Numbered from the stretch's first letter, positions 10,486 through 21,423 are shown. The stretch is DNA of 64,000 nt from a bacterium (GCA_016786595.1 JAEUWB010000051.1:10098-74097); one strand, 5' to 3'. Notes: generated from the letters alone by a model not told the origin. Translations and numbers: made by a program.

Positions 10486-11004
10486 TCAGACAGCCTTTTG
10501 AGGAGGCTCCATTACTGCGTTACAAGCCTGACAAGTGCGTTTTGTGGAATCACTATAAAAGCGCTCGAACACTGGAGGTAATTGCGTAACGATATTTGTC
10601 AGATGAAAATATTCATCGTGCAACTTGGTATTGCATTTTTCACAGTACCACTGCACGCCATCATCTTCATCCTCCGCACGCTTGCGTTCAATCACCAGAC
10701 CGATTGTGTTTGGACCGCGCTGTGGTGAGTGGGGAATGCGTGGAGGTAATAAAAACATCTCGCCCTGCTTAATCTGAATATCACGAGGTTTGCCAGCTTC
10801 GATAATCTTAAGGACAATGTCGCCCTCAATTTGATAATATAACTCTTCACCTTCATTGAAATGATAATCTTTGCGGGAATTTGGTCCACCAACAATCATG
10901 ACAATAAAATCTGTGTCTTTGTAAATTGTTTGGTTGCCAACCGGAGGTTTGAGGAGATGACGATTCTGGTCAATCCATGTGGTTAGATTAAATGGCTGCA
11001 ACAT
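10486..11004 (-). CDS. nbaC: 3-hydroxyanthranilate 3,4-dioxygenase
   Basis: 172 aa cupin with the GGPNSRKDYH..EGEE block and a C-terminal CxxC...CxxC rubredoxin-like site typical of bacterial HAAO. Confidence 0.8.
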   Translation of the reverse strand: MLQPFNLTTWIDQNRHLLKPPVGNQTIYKDTDFIVMIVGGPNSRKDYHFNEGEELYYQIEGDIVLKIIEAGKPRDIQIKQGEMFLLPPRIPHSPQRGPNTIGLVIERKRAEDEDDGVQWYCEKCNTKLHDEYFHLTNIVTQLPPVFERFYSDSTKRTCQACNAVMEPPQKAV

Positions 11005-11136
11005 AAATCCCTCCCTTGTTTAGAGGCTTGAGTTTAACAGGAAACGTTAATGGAAATCAATGCTCATGGGGAAACAAGAAAGAGATGAATTTTTTGGTAA
11101 TTAAATTTACTCACACGAGGTTTAATTACGATGCAC

Positions 11137-11928
11137 TCACAGTGCAGAAGTACGGCCGCCGTCAACCGGGATACTAACACCTGTAATGTAACTTGCTTGA
11201 GGAGATGCTAGGAAGGCAATCGTCGCGGCAATTTCTTCAGGCTTACCGAAACGCCCCATTGGAATTTCTAACTGCATTTCACTTTCAATCAGCGCTTCAC
11301 TGACCGATCGTTTTTCGGCTTTGTTCTTAATCAGTGCTGTTAAGCGGTCAGTTGTGGTTGCTCCAGGTAAAATATTATTTACAGTGATACCATAACGCGC
11401 AACTTCCATGGAGAGCGTCTTTGACCAACTTGCCATCGCGCCGCGTATTGTGTTTGAGACTCCAAGCCCAGGGATTGGCTGCTTGACTGAAGTTGAAATG
11501 ATATTAATGATTCTTCCGTAATTTGCAGCACGCATTCCGGGGAGTAAGCGTTGGACTAAGCTGTGGCTACAAAGTAAATGCGTTTCAAAGGCGCTTTTAA
11601 AAGCATCAAGCTCAGCATTTAGAATTTCACCAGCTGCGGGTCCACCGGCATTATTAATTAAAATTTCAATCGGCTTGGCAAAGAGATTTGCGTTTGCGCT
11701 AAGTGCCGTTTGTAGAATTTCTACTTTAGTTAAGTCGGCGGTGATGTAGTGATGCCCGGTGCCTGGGAGTTCGCGCAGCGTTTGCTTTAAAGTTTCTTCA
11801 CTGCGTGCAAGTAAAATAACCTCGCAGCCAAGACTGGCCAGTTCAATTGCTGCAGCTTTGCCTAGTCCTCGCGACCCGCCACAGACTAGTGCTCGCTTTC
11901 CCTCAAACCGATATTGATTACTGCTCAT
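11137..11928 (-). CDS. Short-chain dehydrogenase/reductase (SDR)
   Basis: 263 aa. Has the GGSRGLG Rossmann motif and a YxxxK catalytic region. It sits inside the kynurenine operon. Confidence 0.75.
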   Translation of the reverse strand: MSSNQYRFEGKRALVCGGSRGLGKAAAIELASLGCEVILLARSEETLKQTLRELPGTGHHYITADLTKVEILQTALSANANLFAKPIEILINNAGGPAAGEILNAELDAFKSAFETHLLCSHSLVQRLLPGMRAANYGRIINIISTSVKQPIPGLGVSNTIRGAMASWSKTLSMEVARYGITVNNILPGATTTDRLTALIKNKAEKRSVSEALIESEMQLEIPMGRFGKPEEIAATIAFLASPQASYITGVSIPVDGGRTSAL

Positions 11929-13000
11929 AAGTGTATATAAATCCTAAGCTGCGCTCTATTGTAGCTGGTAGTTTGGGTAGTTGCGAGCGCGGAATAAAGA
12001 GAGTTGTGATACTCATTAAATCTTTGAACACACGATGCGCTTCAATTGTTTTTATCAAATAGTCATAGCCTGAGGACCCTCCAGTGCCAGGCTTGGATCC
12101 GACCATGCGCATGACCATTAGCGCGTGGCGGTAACGCCAATGTGCCAATTCTCCGTCAATTCGCGAAACAGCTTCTAAAACTTTAAAGGGTAAGTGCACG
12201 ATGGGCTCATCGCGGTAGAGAGAAATAAACAGTGCCGCAAGCATCGCACGGTAGGAGAATTTGCGGTTTCCAGCTGTAACTTCTTGATTGTGAGCATTTT
12301 CATCGAGTACGGTTGCAAACTGTCGGTTGATTTCAGTAATCCGCTTAAGGCGGATTTCTTTTTCATATCCAGCACATTTTTGTATTTCACACATTTCCTG
12401 CTCAACTAAAGACTTTGTTGCCTGCGCGAAAGCATCAACAAAAGAATAATCCTTAGATTTAATGAAGGGCATGCGCTCGAGCCAGGTTTCAATCACCGTA
12501 AAAAGTGTTGGGGCACTTTCTGCATCTGCGATTTGCTTTCTCTCGCCCTCAACTAGGTCGGCATCGACCGGACGATTGTTGTAAAGCAAACGTTCACTGC
12601 GCTTTAGGCCAAGCTTGGCCTCGATTAAGCGAAACTGGAAACTTTGAAACCCCGATGCGCCTACAAGTAGATTAGCAAAATCTAAAAAATCAAGTGGCGT
12701 CATTGTTTCCAAGACTTCAATTTGCTGGATAAAAAGCTTTTGAATTTCGGAGATGCGATTAAGGCGAGCATAGGCAATGCCAATATTACGCTCGTCGATA
12801 AAGTTGCTCTGGAACATTGACACTACGGAATCAAACTCAAATATAATTTGCTTCATCCAGAGTTCGAAAACTTGGTGCACGGTAACAAATAACATTTCAT
12901 CGTGGGCAGGCTGATTGGTTTTGAAGCTAACCGGATGCTGGATTGATAGTAATTCAGGGATTTTAAGATACGAAGAATAATTGAAACGTTCAGTGCTCAT
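11918..13000 (-). CDS. kynA: Tryptophan 2,3-dioxygenase
   Basis: 360 aa. Similar to TDO in the conserved helical core (the HDEMLFVTVHQ..ELW region). The operon context supports the call. Confidence 0.7.
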   Translation of the reverse strand: MSTERFNYSSYLKIPELLSIQHPVSFKTNQPAHDEMLFVTVHQVFELWMKQIIFEFDSVVSMFQSNFIDERNIGIAYARLNRISEIQKLFIQQIEVLETMTPLDFLDFANLLVGASGFQSFQFRLIEAKLGLKRSERLLYNNRPVDADLVEGERKQIADAESAPTLFTVIETWLERMPFIKSKDYSFVDAFAQATKSLVEQEMCEIQKCAGYEKEIRLKRITEINRQFATVLDENAHNQEVTAGNRKFSYRAMLAALFISLYRDEPIVHLPFKVLEAVSRIDGELAHWRYRHALMVMRMVGSKPGTGGSSGYDYLIKTIEAHRVFKDLMSITTLFIPRSQLPKLPATIERSLGFIYTYEQ

Positions 13001-14400
13001 ATTTTCCTATTATCTTTTTTTATATACTCAGCAAGTACGGGGCTAAGTTCAGTTTCAATTCGAGAACGAGCATACTTAATATCAATTTGATCGTATTTGC
13101 CAAACTTTTGGCGAAATTCGGTAAGTAAACGATTTTCGATTTTGCCTGCTTCAAGTGCCACGCTGTATGGGACCTGGCTAAAACTTACAAGTCGATAGCG
13201 TGAAACATATAAATCCGGGAATTCGCGCTCAATTACTTTCTCAATTTGACGCTCGGCTTGAAAATACTCATCGGCAACACGGTCACGCATTTCAATGAAA
13301 TTTTCTTCAGCTAAGTCAGCGATTGCATCTGTATTGATTTTCCGTCGCTGTTCAAGCTGGTTGAAAGCGCTTTCCCAATTTGCGCCAACAGTCTCAAGTA
13401 TTGAGTCGAGCACCGTTAAATCTTCAAAGCCTGCATTCATGCCTTGGCCAAAAAAAGGCACAATTGCATGTGCCGCATCACCGAGTAGTAAGCACTTACC
13501 AGTGTGTCGCCAAGGCAAGCATTTTACTGTAAACATTTCTCCAGTCGGGTTAGAGAAGAAATCTTCACAAAGTCCGGGAAGCAATTTTACCGCGTCCGGG
13601 AATTCGTTTTGGAAAAAATCCTCAACGGCGCTTGTCGTTGTAAGTTGCGCAAAACTGACCGGTCCTTGAAAGGGAAGAAACAGTGTCGCTGTGAAACTGC
13701 CATCTAAATTGGGAAGAGCAATCAGCATGTATTGGGAACGTGGCCAGATATGTAGAGCATTTTTTTCAATCAAGAATTTATTGCCATTTGTGCCAGGTGG
13801 AATGACTAATTCTTTGTAGCCGTAGTCAATTTTTCGTTCACTTAAATTTGCACCTGGCTGATTAGCTAAAGCTCGACGTATGGCTGAGGCCGACCCGTCT
13901 GTCCCAAAAACTGGAGCACGGGAAATTTGGAAGGTAGTTTTTGTCTGGAGATTCTCACACTCAAGAGTTGAAGTCTCAAGCTCGTATTTCGTTACACGGG
14001 TATTAAAATGGAAATCGACCTTTCCTGTATTTTCTGCGGCACTGAGTAGCATTTTATTTAACTCACCACGTGAAATCGAATTAATTGCTTCACTGGAGTC
14101 TAGCCCGTAAGGATAAAAATGAGTTGTTGAGTCTTTTAAATGCACCATCCGACCCGGCATCGGTATTGCAATTTCTAAAGCTTGTTGTTTAAGCCCAGCA
14201 AGTTCCAAGGCATGCAGTCCGCGCACGGAGACGGCAAGATTAATCGAGCGACCACGGTCAATTACTTCTTTACGCATGTCGGGGCGACGTTCAAGTAAGT
14301 CTACTGTGTAGCCGCGCTTGGCGAGAAATACTGCTAAGAGCGAGCCCACTAAGCCCGCACCGATAATTATTACATCACCTTGAAAATTTTCTTTAGACAT
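12997..14400 (-). CDS. kmo: Kynurenine 3-monooxygenase (FAD-dependent)
   Basis: 467 aa. Has the N-terminal GAGLVGSLLAVFLAKRG FAD-binding fold and a GDAAH motif. The length and C-terminal tail are KMO-like. Confidence 0.8.
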   Translation of the reverse strand: MSKENFQGDVIIIGAGLVGSLLAVFLAKRGYTVDLLERRPDMRKEVIDRGRSINLAVSVRGLHALELAGLKQQALEIAIPMPGRMVHLKDSTTHFYPYGLDSSEAINSISRGELNKMLLSAAENTGKVDFHFNTRVTKYELETSTLECENLQTKTTFQISRAPVFGTDGSASAIRRALANQPGANLSERKIDYGYKELVIPPGTNGNKFLIEKNALHIWPRSQYMLIALPNLDGSFTATLFLPFQGPVSFAQLTTTSAVEDFFQNEFPDAVKLLPGLCEDFFSNPTGEMFTVKCLPWRHTGKCLLLGDAAHAIVPFFGQGMNAGFEDLTVLDSILETVGANWESAFNQLEQRRKINTDAIADLAEENFIEMRDRVADEYFQAERQIEKVIEREFPDLYVSRYRLVSFSQVPYSVALEAGKIENRLLTEFRQKFGKYDQIDIKYARSRIETELSPVLAEYIKKDNRKI

Positions 14401-14407
14401 TTTTGTA

Positions 14408-15718
14408 TTAGGCGTTAGTATATTCTCGCAAAAGCATTACAAATTTATAGACGTCTTGGTATGAGTTATAAAGCGGTGTCGGTGCAGCGCGCATAATGTC
14501 AGGCTCGCGAAAATCGCAAATTACACCACTGGCCTCTAGGCGCTTTTGAATTTCCCGAGGACGACCTTGCAGCCGCAGCGAAAGTTGGCAACCGCGGCTC
14601 TTTGGGTCGCGAGGTGTGACAATCGTGCAGAACCCTGGCGGTAAAATTGTTTCGAGTAAAAATTCTAGGTAACCAGTAAGACGAATGCTTTTTTCGCGGA
14701 GTGCATCGATTGTCGCAGCTTGAAAAATTTCTAAAGAGGCACGTAATGCTGCAAGCTGTAAAATCGGCGGGTTACTCAACTGCCAAGTCTCAGCGCCGCC
14801 AATGGGAGAAAACTCAGCTAACATTTTAAAGCGAATTTCTTTGTTATTTCCCCACCAACCTTCAAAGCGAGGGAGTTGTGCATCGGCGTGACGCTCATGC
14901 ACAAAGCATCCAGCGATTCCTCCCGGCCCCGAGTTTAGATATTTATAACTGCACCAGGCCGCAAAATCGACATTCCAGTCATGTAAATTAAGTTTAATAT
15001 TTCCTGCAGCATGTGCGAGGTCGAAACCAACCAGGCAACCTTTTTTATGGCCTGCCGCAGTAATTGCTTGCATGTCAAAGGCTTGGCCACTGAGGTAGTT
15101 AACTCCACCAAGGAGGATCACCGCAATTTTGTCACCTTGCTTCTCGATGAAATTTAAAATGTCTTCGGTGCGAAGAGTTTCTTCTCCCACACGTGGTGTT
15201 AACTCAACCACAGCACTCTTTGGATCGTAGCCATGGTAGCGTGCTTGCGAAGCAACTGCATATTGATCGGAGGGAAAAGCGTTACTTTCAATTAAAATCT
15301 TAAAACGTTCAGGAGTTGGTCGATAAAAAGATACGAGTAAAAAATGTAAATTCGCAGTTAAGGAATTCATGGCGACAACTTCAATTGGTTTTGCTCCGAC
15401 AACGTGAGCGAGTCCCTGCGTGCAAAATTCATGATAGGGTAGCCAGGGGTGACGTGCGCGGAAATGTCCCTCAACTGCAAGATTCGCCCAGTCTTCAAGC
15501 TCTGCTAAGACACAGTCTTTGGTTTTCTTTGGCTGTAATCCAAGTGAGTTTCCTGTGAGGTAAAGTGTTGTTTGCCCAGAGGCTGTTTGTGGAAAATGAA
15601 ATTGGTTGCGAAAGTCTCTTAAGGAATCCTGTCGATCTAGTTCTAGTGCGCAGCTTTCAGTTGCTTCAAAATTAATGATTTCTGACATAGCTATTTTCCT
15701 TGATGGCCATAGAGCCAA
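14408..15718 (-). CDS. kynU: Kynureninase (PLP-dependent)
   Basis: 436 aa. Aminotransferase class V fold with kynureninase-specific blocks (the WCSYKYLN lysine region). Confidence 0.85.
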   Translation of the reverse strand: MALWPSRKIAMSEIINFEATESCALELDRQDSLRDFRNQFHFPQTASGQTTLYLTGNSLGLQPKKTKDCVLAELEDWANLAVEGHFRARHPWLPYHEFCTQGLAHVVGAKPIEVVAMNSLTANLHFLLVSFYRPTPERFKILIESNAFPSDQYAVASQARYHGYDPKSAVVELTPRVGEETLRTEDILNFIEKQGDKIAVILLGGVNYLSGQAFDMQAITAAGHKKGCLVGFDLAHAAGNIKLNLHDWNVDFAAWCSYKYLNSGPGGIAGCFVHERHADAQLPRFEGWWGNNKEIRFKMLAEFSPIGGAETWQLSNPPILQLAALRASLEIFQAATIDALREKSIRLTGYLEFLLETILPPGFCTIVTPRDPKSRGCQLSLRLQGRPREIQKRLEASGVICDFREPDIMRAAPTPLYNSYQDVYKFVMLLREYTNA

Positions 15719-16716
15719 ATCAAAGCATTATCTGTGAGTAGTTTACTTTTAACTTGAGCGCTAATCTCAGTTAAACCCTCGATTAATTGGCCAGGTTGAT
15801 CTTCTCCTAGCGGGAAAGGGTAATCACTGCCAAGCATCACGTTACTCTCTCCAAAGAGCTTTACGATCTGTAATAATGTTTGAGTATCGTGGGTTAAAGA
15901 ATCAACGTAAATTTTATGCAGTTGCTGGCGCGGTGAAATTTTAGTTTCTGTGGCAACTAGGTCAGGGCGACAGTAAAATCCCTTCTCGATACGCCCTAAC
16001 ATTCCGGCAAATGATCCTCCGCCGTGAGCAAAGGCGAGGCGCAGGGTGGGAAGTTTCTCGTAAATGCCGGATAAAAGCAGTGAGCTGATGGCAACGGCGA
16101 TTTCAGTCGGCATGCCGATTAACCAGGGGAACCAAAATTTATTCATGCGCTCCGGAGCCAGCATGTCCCAGGGGTGAACAAAAATTGCAGCGTTAAGCTC
16201 TGCTGCTGCTTGAAAAAAAGGAAATAGTTTTTCTTCGCCGAGATTGGTTCCATTCACGTGCGAACCGATTTGAATGCCAGCTAGTTTGAGCTCTTTAATG
16301 CAGCGCTTCAGCTCATCAATTGCAAGTGCAGCGTCTTGTAGCGGCACGGTGCCTAGCCCTACAAACCGGTCAGGGTAATTGGCTACAGTTGTTGCGATTT
16401 GATCATTTAAGAATTTACTGACTTCAAGTGCATCCTTGGGTTTGGCCCAGTAACTAAACATCACAGGCACAGTTGAAAGCACCTGTAAGCGGATTCCAGA
16501 TTTGTCGCAGTCGGTAATACGTTCAATTGGGTCCCAGCAGTTGCTTTGAATATCTCTAAAATGCGTACCGTCGTCACGGATCATGCGAGCCGTGCAGGCC
16601 GAGCAATGATCGAGTTCGATAAACCCGCCGTAACCAAAGCGTGATTTAAATTTAGGGATCTCACGCGGCAGGATGTGAGTGTGCACGTCAATTTTATGTA
16701 AATTTAAATTACTCAT
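15691..16716 (-). CDS. 2-amino-3-carboxymuconate-6-semialdehyde decarboxylase (amidohydrolase_2 family)
   Basis: 341 aa. The N-terminal IDVHTHILP metal ligands, with HP..D and D..P downstream, match ACMSD-type amidohydrolases. It overlaps kynU by 28 nt. Confidence 0.7.
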   Translation of the reverse strand: MSNLNLHKIDVHTHILPREIPKFKSRFGYGGFIELDHCSACTARMIRDDGTHFRDIQSNCWDPIERITDCDKSGIRLQVLSTVPVMFSYWAKPKDALEVSKFLNDQIATTVANYPDRFVGLGTVPLQDAALAIDELKRCIKELKLAGIQIGSHVNGTNLGEEKLFPFFQAAAELNAAIFVHPWDMLAPERMNKFWFPWLIGMPTEIAVAISSLLLSGIYEKLPTLRLAFAHGGGSFAGMLGRIEKGFYCRPDLVATETKISPRQQLHKIYVDSLTHDTQTLLQIVKLFGESNVMLGSDYPFPLGEDQPGQLIEGLTEISAQVKSKLLTDNALIWLYGHQGK

Positions 16717-16718
16717 TT

Positions 16719-17162
16719 TTATTGATCAATTGTCGCAATGCATTTTAGCTCGATTGCAATTGGGGTAGGTAGCGAAAGCACCTCAATGGTTGTGCGGCAA
16801 GGTGGTGAAACTTTAAAATATTCTGCCCAAAGACGATTGTAGATCGGAAAATGTTCCTGCATATTCGTAAGATAGACTGTGACGTCAACTAAATTCTCCC
16901 AGCGACTACCGGCAGCTTCAAGAACTGCGCGCACATTTTTAAAGACTGCATGGCATTGAGCTTCTATATCTGAAGACAAAATCTCGCCATTGCCACCAAG
17001 CTCAACGCCGGGGATTTTTTTACTCCCGCGTTCGCGTGGCCCGACCCCTGAAAGAAAGAGCAAGTTACCAACACGTTTTGCATGCGGGTAGTGACCCACG
17101 GGTTCAGGTGCTTTGGAAGAATGAATTGCATCTGTCATGGAAGTGACAATTACACGTGGCAA
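16719..17162 (-). CDS. RidA/YjgF-family deaminase (2-aminomuconate deaminase-like)
   Basis: 147 aa with a RidA-fold sequence. The position in the operon suggests an AmnD/NbaF-like role. Confidence 0.6.
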   Translation of the reverse strand: MPRVIVTSMTDAIHSSKAPEPVGHYPHAKRVGNLLFLSGVGPRERGSKKIPGVELGGNGEILSSDIEAQCHAVFKNVRAVLEAAGSRWENLVDVTVYLTNMQEHFPIYNRLWAEYFKVSPPCRTTIEVLSLPTPIAIELKCIATIDQ

Positions 17163-17304
17163 AATCCCAAAGCAAGTTAGCTATATAAAGTGTTAAAAAT
17201 CCAGGATTAAAAGAAGGGGAAGTTCTCACGCGAAAAAACGCTATATAACCGGTAGGACAGTATCACTACTGTCTTTAAGAACTTCTTACCTTCATCGCGA
17301 TCGG

Positions 17305-17535
17305 TCAAATGCGAGTTGCGCGTTGACTAAGGATTCCCCCAATACGGGTTTTAATTTGGCTGACGACTTCGTCGACAGTACCGTATTCTGTTGTATATCC
17401 GCCTTCGACACCGAGTTCGCTGAAAAGGTTGCTCAGGGCGTTTTCGGTCGGTTCCATATTGTCCCGTATGAACTCTAATTGCTTGGAGGTCAGATTGGCT
17501 AGCCCAGCTAGCACATCGTCAAGTTTCGTTATCAT
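17305..17535 (-). CDS. Hypothetical small acidic protein
   Basis: 76-aa ORF between the AMSDH and RidA genes with intergenic gaps on both sides. I recognise no family, so it may not be a real gene. Confidence 0.25.
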   Translation of the reverse strand: MITKLDDVLAGLANLTSKQLEFIRDNMEPTENALSNLFSELGVEGGYTTEYGTVDEVVSQIKTRIGGILSQRATRI

Positions 17536-17672
17536 TTATTGTTCTCCTGAAGACTGGCTTTAGTCATTCCTTAAAGTTTTCGCCTTAAGGAATAACTGAG
17601 AGTCTTCAGACCTAAGAAAATAAAACCTGAAATCGTGAGAACTACCCAAAAGAAATTTTAAAAGAACAACAA

Positions 17673-19133
17673 CTAGTAACTAATGCAAATACTTTTAGCT
17701 TCAGTAAAGAAGTGCAGTGCTTCCACTCCACCCTCACGCCCAACGCCACTTTGCTTAACTCCTCCAAAAGGAGTCCTTAGATCTCTAACCATCCAGCAAT
17801 TAATCCAAACTAACCCTGCTTCAAGAGCAGTTGCTACGCGATGGGCTTGTGAGATGTCCGTGGTCCAGACTGAAGAACTTAAACCATAGGCTGTGCCATT
17901 TGCAATTTTAATGGCTTCCTCTTCGGTTTCAAAGGGAATTAAGGTTGCAGCTGGGCCAAAGATTTCTTCTTGGTTAGTGCGGCAGCTTGGATCGAGCCCT
18001 TCAATTAAAGTTGGCTGATAAAAATAACCTTTAGCACAACGGCCTGGAACTGTTGCGGGCTGGCCACCACAGAGAATTTTTCCACCTTCACTGCGGGCGA
18101 GATCAATTGCTGCAGAAACTTTCTCAAAGTGCGCCCGAGAAACTAAAGCACCTTGGTTAGTATCCTCTAACAGCGGGTCACCAACTTTTAAGGCTTTAAC
18201 TTTTTCTAAGAGCGCTTCTCTAAATTTGGGGTAAATTGATTTTTCGACAATAATTCGTGAACCGCAGAGGCAAATTTCACCTTGATTATTGAAGGCTGCT
18301 CTTAATGCTCCAGTCACGGCTTTTTCGAAAGTTGCGCTAGCGGAAGCCACGCTGGCAAAGACAACCGTTGGATTTTTACCACCCATTTCCAGGGAAAGTT
18401 TTTTAAATTGAGTGGCAGTGCTTGCGGCGATTGCTGCTCCAGTCTTAGTGCTGCCAGTAAAAGATATTGCTTTAATCTTCGGGTGGGCGGTTAGCGCTGC
18501 GCCAGCGCTCAGGCCAGTGCCGTGCACTAGATTTAGCACACCCGGAGGAAGCCCTGCTTCTTTAACAATAAAACTCAAAAGATGAGCAGTCATTGGAGTT
18601 ACTTCTGACGGTTTAGCCACCACAGTATTTCCAGTGATTAGTGCCGGAGCAATTTTCCAAGTGAAAACATAGAGCGGTAAATTCCAAGGAGAAATTGTGC
18701 CGACAACTCCCAAGGGGCTGCGCGTGGTCCAATGCATCGCTCGAGGTTCGTCTGAATAATAAGCCTCCGAGGCAGCTTGAGAAATTGTATCTGCAAAGAA
18801 AGAAAAATTCTTAATACTTCGTGGAATATCAACGCTGCGAGCTAGTGAAACTGGTTTCCCGTTATCAATTGATTCGGCACGAGCAAGTTCTTCGTGTTTT
18901 GCAGTTAAAATATCTGCAATCCGACGGAAAATTTTAGCCCGCTCGATACCTGGAGTTTGTGACCATTGGGGAAAAGCAAGTTCTGCAGCTTCGACAGCTA
19001 GTGCAACGTCTTCTGAATCTGAATCTGGCACAGTAGAATAAACTGTGCCTGTGGAAGGGTCTTCGTTGGGCAGAGTTTTTCCGCTCAAAGCGTTTTGATG
19101 TTTTCCGCCAATAAAATTTTGTATTGTTTCCAT
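17673..19133 (-). CDS. Aldehyde dehydrogenase, 2-aminomuconate-6-semialdehyde dehydrogenase-like
   Basis: ALDH superfamily, with the catalytic Cys region (GEICLCGSR) and Glu motif (ELGGKNP). It is the first gene of the kynurenine operon. I preferred the ATG at 19133 to the GTG at 19160. Confidence 0.75.
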   Translation of the reverse strand: METIQNFIGGKHQNALSGKTLPNEDPSTGTVYSTVPDSDSEDVALAVEAAELAFPQWSQTPGIERAKIFRRIADILTAKHEELARAESIDNGKPVSLARSVDIPRSIKNFSFFADTISQAASEAYYSDEPRAMHWTTRSPLGVVGTISPWNLPLYVFTWKIAPALITGNTVVAKPSEVTPMTAHLLSFIVKEAGLPPGVLNLVHGTGLSAGAALTAHPKIKAISFTGSTKTGAAIAASTATQFKKLSLEMGGKNPTVVFASVASASATFEKAVTGALRAAFNNQGEICLCGSRIIVEKSIYPKFREALLEKVKALKVGDPLLEDTNQGALVSRAHFEKVSAAIDLARSEGGKILCGGQPATVPGRCAKGYFYQPTLIEGLDPSCRTNQEEIFGPAATLIPFETEEEAIKIANGTAYGLSSSVWTTDISQAHRVATALEAGLVWINCWMVRDLRTPFGGVKQSGVGREGGVEALHFFTEAKSICISY

Positions 19134-19161
19134 TGTTTTCAAATAGCTATATAAACCCACT

Positions 19162-19233
19162 TATAGCAAAGATACAGTTTATACTTTCCTTATCTTAGTG
19201 GCCGTGACCCAATAGCAAAAATGTATAGCAAAA
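19162..19233. promoter_or_regulatory. Three direct repeats of ATAGCAAA in the divergent promoter region between the kynurenine operon and the ridA-like gene
   Basis: TATAGCAAA at 19162, AATAGCAAAA at 19211 and TATAGCAAAA at 19224, in the 116-bp gap between the AMSDH start and the plus-strand RidA start. Confidence 0.35.
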
Positions 19234-19249
19234 AGAGAGGGCTAATTCT

Positions 19250-19636
19250 ATGAGTCGTGAATTACTGAAATCAACTAAGTTTTATGCCCCTAAATTTCGT
19301 TATACACCCTGCGTCAAAACTGGCCCCTGGTATACTTTATCAGGGATGGTGGCAATCGACCCAACGACGGAGAAACTTGTCAGTGGGGGACCATACGCAG
19401 AGACAAAACACATTTTAAGCTTGCTTCAAGCTGGCAGTAGCGAATGGGGACTGACTTTAAACCATTTGATTCAGGCAAGAATTTATACGACTAAATTCGA
19501 TCAATTCCCGGAAATCAATAAAGCCTGGGAGGAGTTTTTTACGACAATTGACCCTCCGGCGCGAACCTCAATTGGAGTTGCAGCTCTGCCACTGGGGGCT
19601 ACGGTTGAAATGGAATTTTCCTTCTACGCAGCTTAG
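19250..19636 (+). CDS. RidA/YjgF-family protein
   Basis: 128 aa with a RidA fold. It is transcribed divergently from the kynurenine operon. Confidence 0.65.
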   Translation: MSRELLKSTKFYAPKFRYTPCVKTGPWYTLSGMVAIDPTTEKLVSGGPYAETKHILSLLQAGSSEWGLTLNHLIQARIYTTKFDQFPEINKAWEEFFTTIDPPARTSIGVAALPLGATVEMEFSFYAA

Positions 19637-19677
19637 TCGACCCGGGTGCTACTTACCAACGAGCGATCGATAAATTC

Positions 19678-20760
19678 TTACTCGTTTCGTAAGACTTGCT
19701 TGATTTGCTCAACTACGGCGGTGCATTCAGATTGTAACTGAGTGACTACGGTAACATGTCCCAGTTTTCTACCTGGACGCTCTTGCTTGCCATAAAGATG
19801 AATAAAACTCGAGTTGATTTTCTTAAGTGCTTTTAAGTCCGGATGTTTGCCGATAATATTTAACATTGCACAAAATCCAATAGCTTCGGTGTCGCCAAGT
19901 GGTAGATCGCTAATCGCGCGAAGATGATTCTCGAATTGACTCGTTTTAGCTCCTTCAATCGACCAATGGCCAGTGTTGTGGACTCGCGGAGCAAGTTCAT
20001 TTGCATAGAGTTTGCCTTGCACTTCAAACATTTCGAGGGCCAGCACTCCGACATAGTTTAAGCTTTCAGCAATTGCTCTCACGTATTGTTGGGCAGAGTC
20101 GTCTTGGGTCTTAGAAACGTTTGCTGGTACGGTAGTTTTAAATAAAATCCCTTCAGTGTGGATGTTTTCTACGAGCGGGTAGAATTTCATTTCACCGCCT
20201 TCAGCGCGCACGGCAATTTGAGAGAGTTCGCGAGTGAATTCGATAAATTTCTCGGCGATGCTTGGGCCTGTAATTTGTGCTGCCTTTAGATCGTTTGCTG
20301 ATTTTACTACTTGCTGCCCTTTGCCGTCATAGCCAAATTCGCACGTTTTAATGACAAATTTATCACCAAGCTTGGCCGCTGCGCGGGGCAGATCGAAATT
20401 GCTTGAAAGTTCAAAAAAGTCAGCGGCGGGAATTCCAAGTTTGGCAAATAAAAGCTTTTCATTAACTCTATTTCTGCCAACCGTAAAAGCATCAGGATTG
20501 GGTAAAACTGGCTTGAGCTTTGCGAGGAATTTTAAGCTTTGCGTGGGCACATTTTCAAATTCACAACTAATTACATCAACCAGCTCTGCAAACTCGGTGA
20601 GTAGTTTTGGATCCTCATAGCTGCCGCAAAGATGCAAACCCTGGGCACGGGCAGGTGCGTCTGGGGCAGGATCGAGGAAAACAAAGGTGTGGCCAAGAGA
20701 TTTCCCAGCTAATGCCAGCATTTGACCTAACTGACCACCGCCGAGAATGCCAATTTTCAT
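19678..20760 (-). CDS. purK: N5-carboxyaminoimidazole ribonucleotide synthase
   Basis: 360 aa ATP-grasp protein with the N-terminus [14 protein letters not shown] typical of PurK. It lies directly downstream of purE. Confidence 0.85.
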   Translation of the reverse strand: MKIGILGGGQLGQMLALAGKSLGHTFVFLDPAPDAPARAQGLHLCGSYEDPKLLTEFAELVDVISCEFENVPTQSLKFLAKLKPVLPNPDAFTVGRNRVNEKLLFAKLGIPAADFFELSSNFDLPRAAAKLGDKFVIKTCEFGYDGKGQQVVKSANDLKAAQITGPSIAEKFIEFTRELSQIAVRAEGGEMKFYPLVENIHTEGILFKTTVPANVSKTQDDSAQQYVRAIAESLNYVGVLALEMFEVQGKLYANELAPRVHNTGHWSIEGAKTSQFENHLRAISDLPLGDTEAIGFCAMLNIIGKHPDLKALKKINSSFIHLYGKQERPGRKLGHVTVVTQLQSECTAVVEQIKQVLRNE

Positions 20761-21299
20761 TATCTGCCTTTTGCGGTTTTTCTTTTCTTGGTTGGATTTT
20801 GCTTGGTACTGCGTGGGTCAGGATTTTTCAAGACAGCTTTAGTTTGAACCGCACGAAACTTAATTAATGCGCTTTTAATTTGCGGGTATTTGTTACTTAG
20901 AATCGCTGCTGCAAGCAGTCCTGAATTTGCAGCACCGGCTTGCCCAATCGCCAGCGTCCCAACTGGGATTCCCTTAGGCATTTGTGCGATTGATAATAAG
21001 GAATCAATCCCGGCGAGAGTACGGGATTCTACGGGAACGCCTAAAACTGGGAGATGAGTTTTTGCTGCAGTCATCCCAGGTAGATGCGCCGCTCCGCCTG
21101 CTCCGGCAATAATTACTTCAAGGCCGCGGTTGTTAGCTTGGGTAGCATACTTATAAAGTAGGTCTGGAGTGCGATGAGCGGATACGACCTTAACCTCATA
21201 AGCAACTTTCAACTGATCAAGTATTTCCGCAGCGCTACTCATCGTCGCCCAATCAGATTGCGAGCCCATAATAATGCCCACCAGTGGTTTTTTACTCAT
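20760..21299 (-). CDS. purE: N5-CAIR mutase
   Basis: 179 aa with the [11 protein letters not shown] and [10 protein letters not shown] PurE signatures. Confidence 0.9.
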   Translation of the reverse strand: MSKKPLVGIIMGSQSDWATMSSAAEILDQLKVAYEVKVVSAHRTPDLLYKYATQANNRGLEVIIAGAGGAAHLPGMTAAKTHLPVLGVPVESRTLAGIDSLLSIAQMPKGIPVGTLAIGQAGAANSGLLAAAILSNKYPQIKSALIKFRAVQTKAVLKNPDPRSTKQNPTKKRKTAKGR

Positions 21300-21423
21300 C
21301 GAAGTTGACCCTCAAGCTAGAGGTAAAGAAGCTATAATGATTCAAGGTAAATTTCAAGGAACTTTGCTGAAAGTATCGAAGATAGTGTATTTTGCTTTTA
21401 TTCTTTTTGGAGGTTTAGACCCG

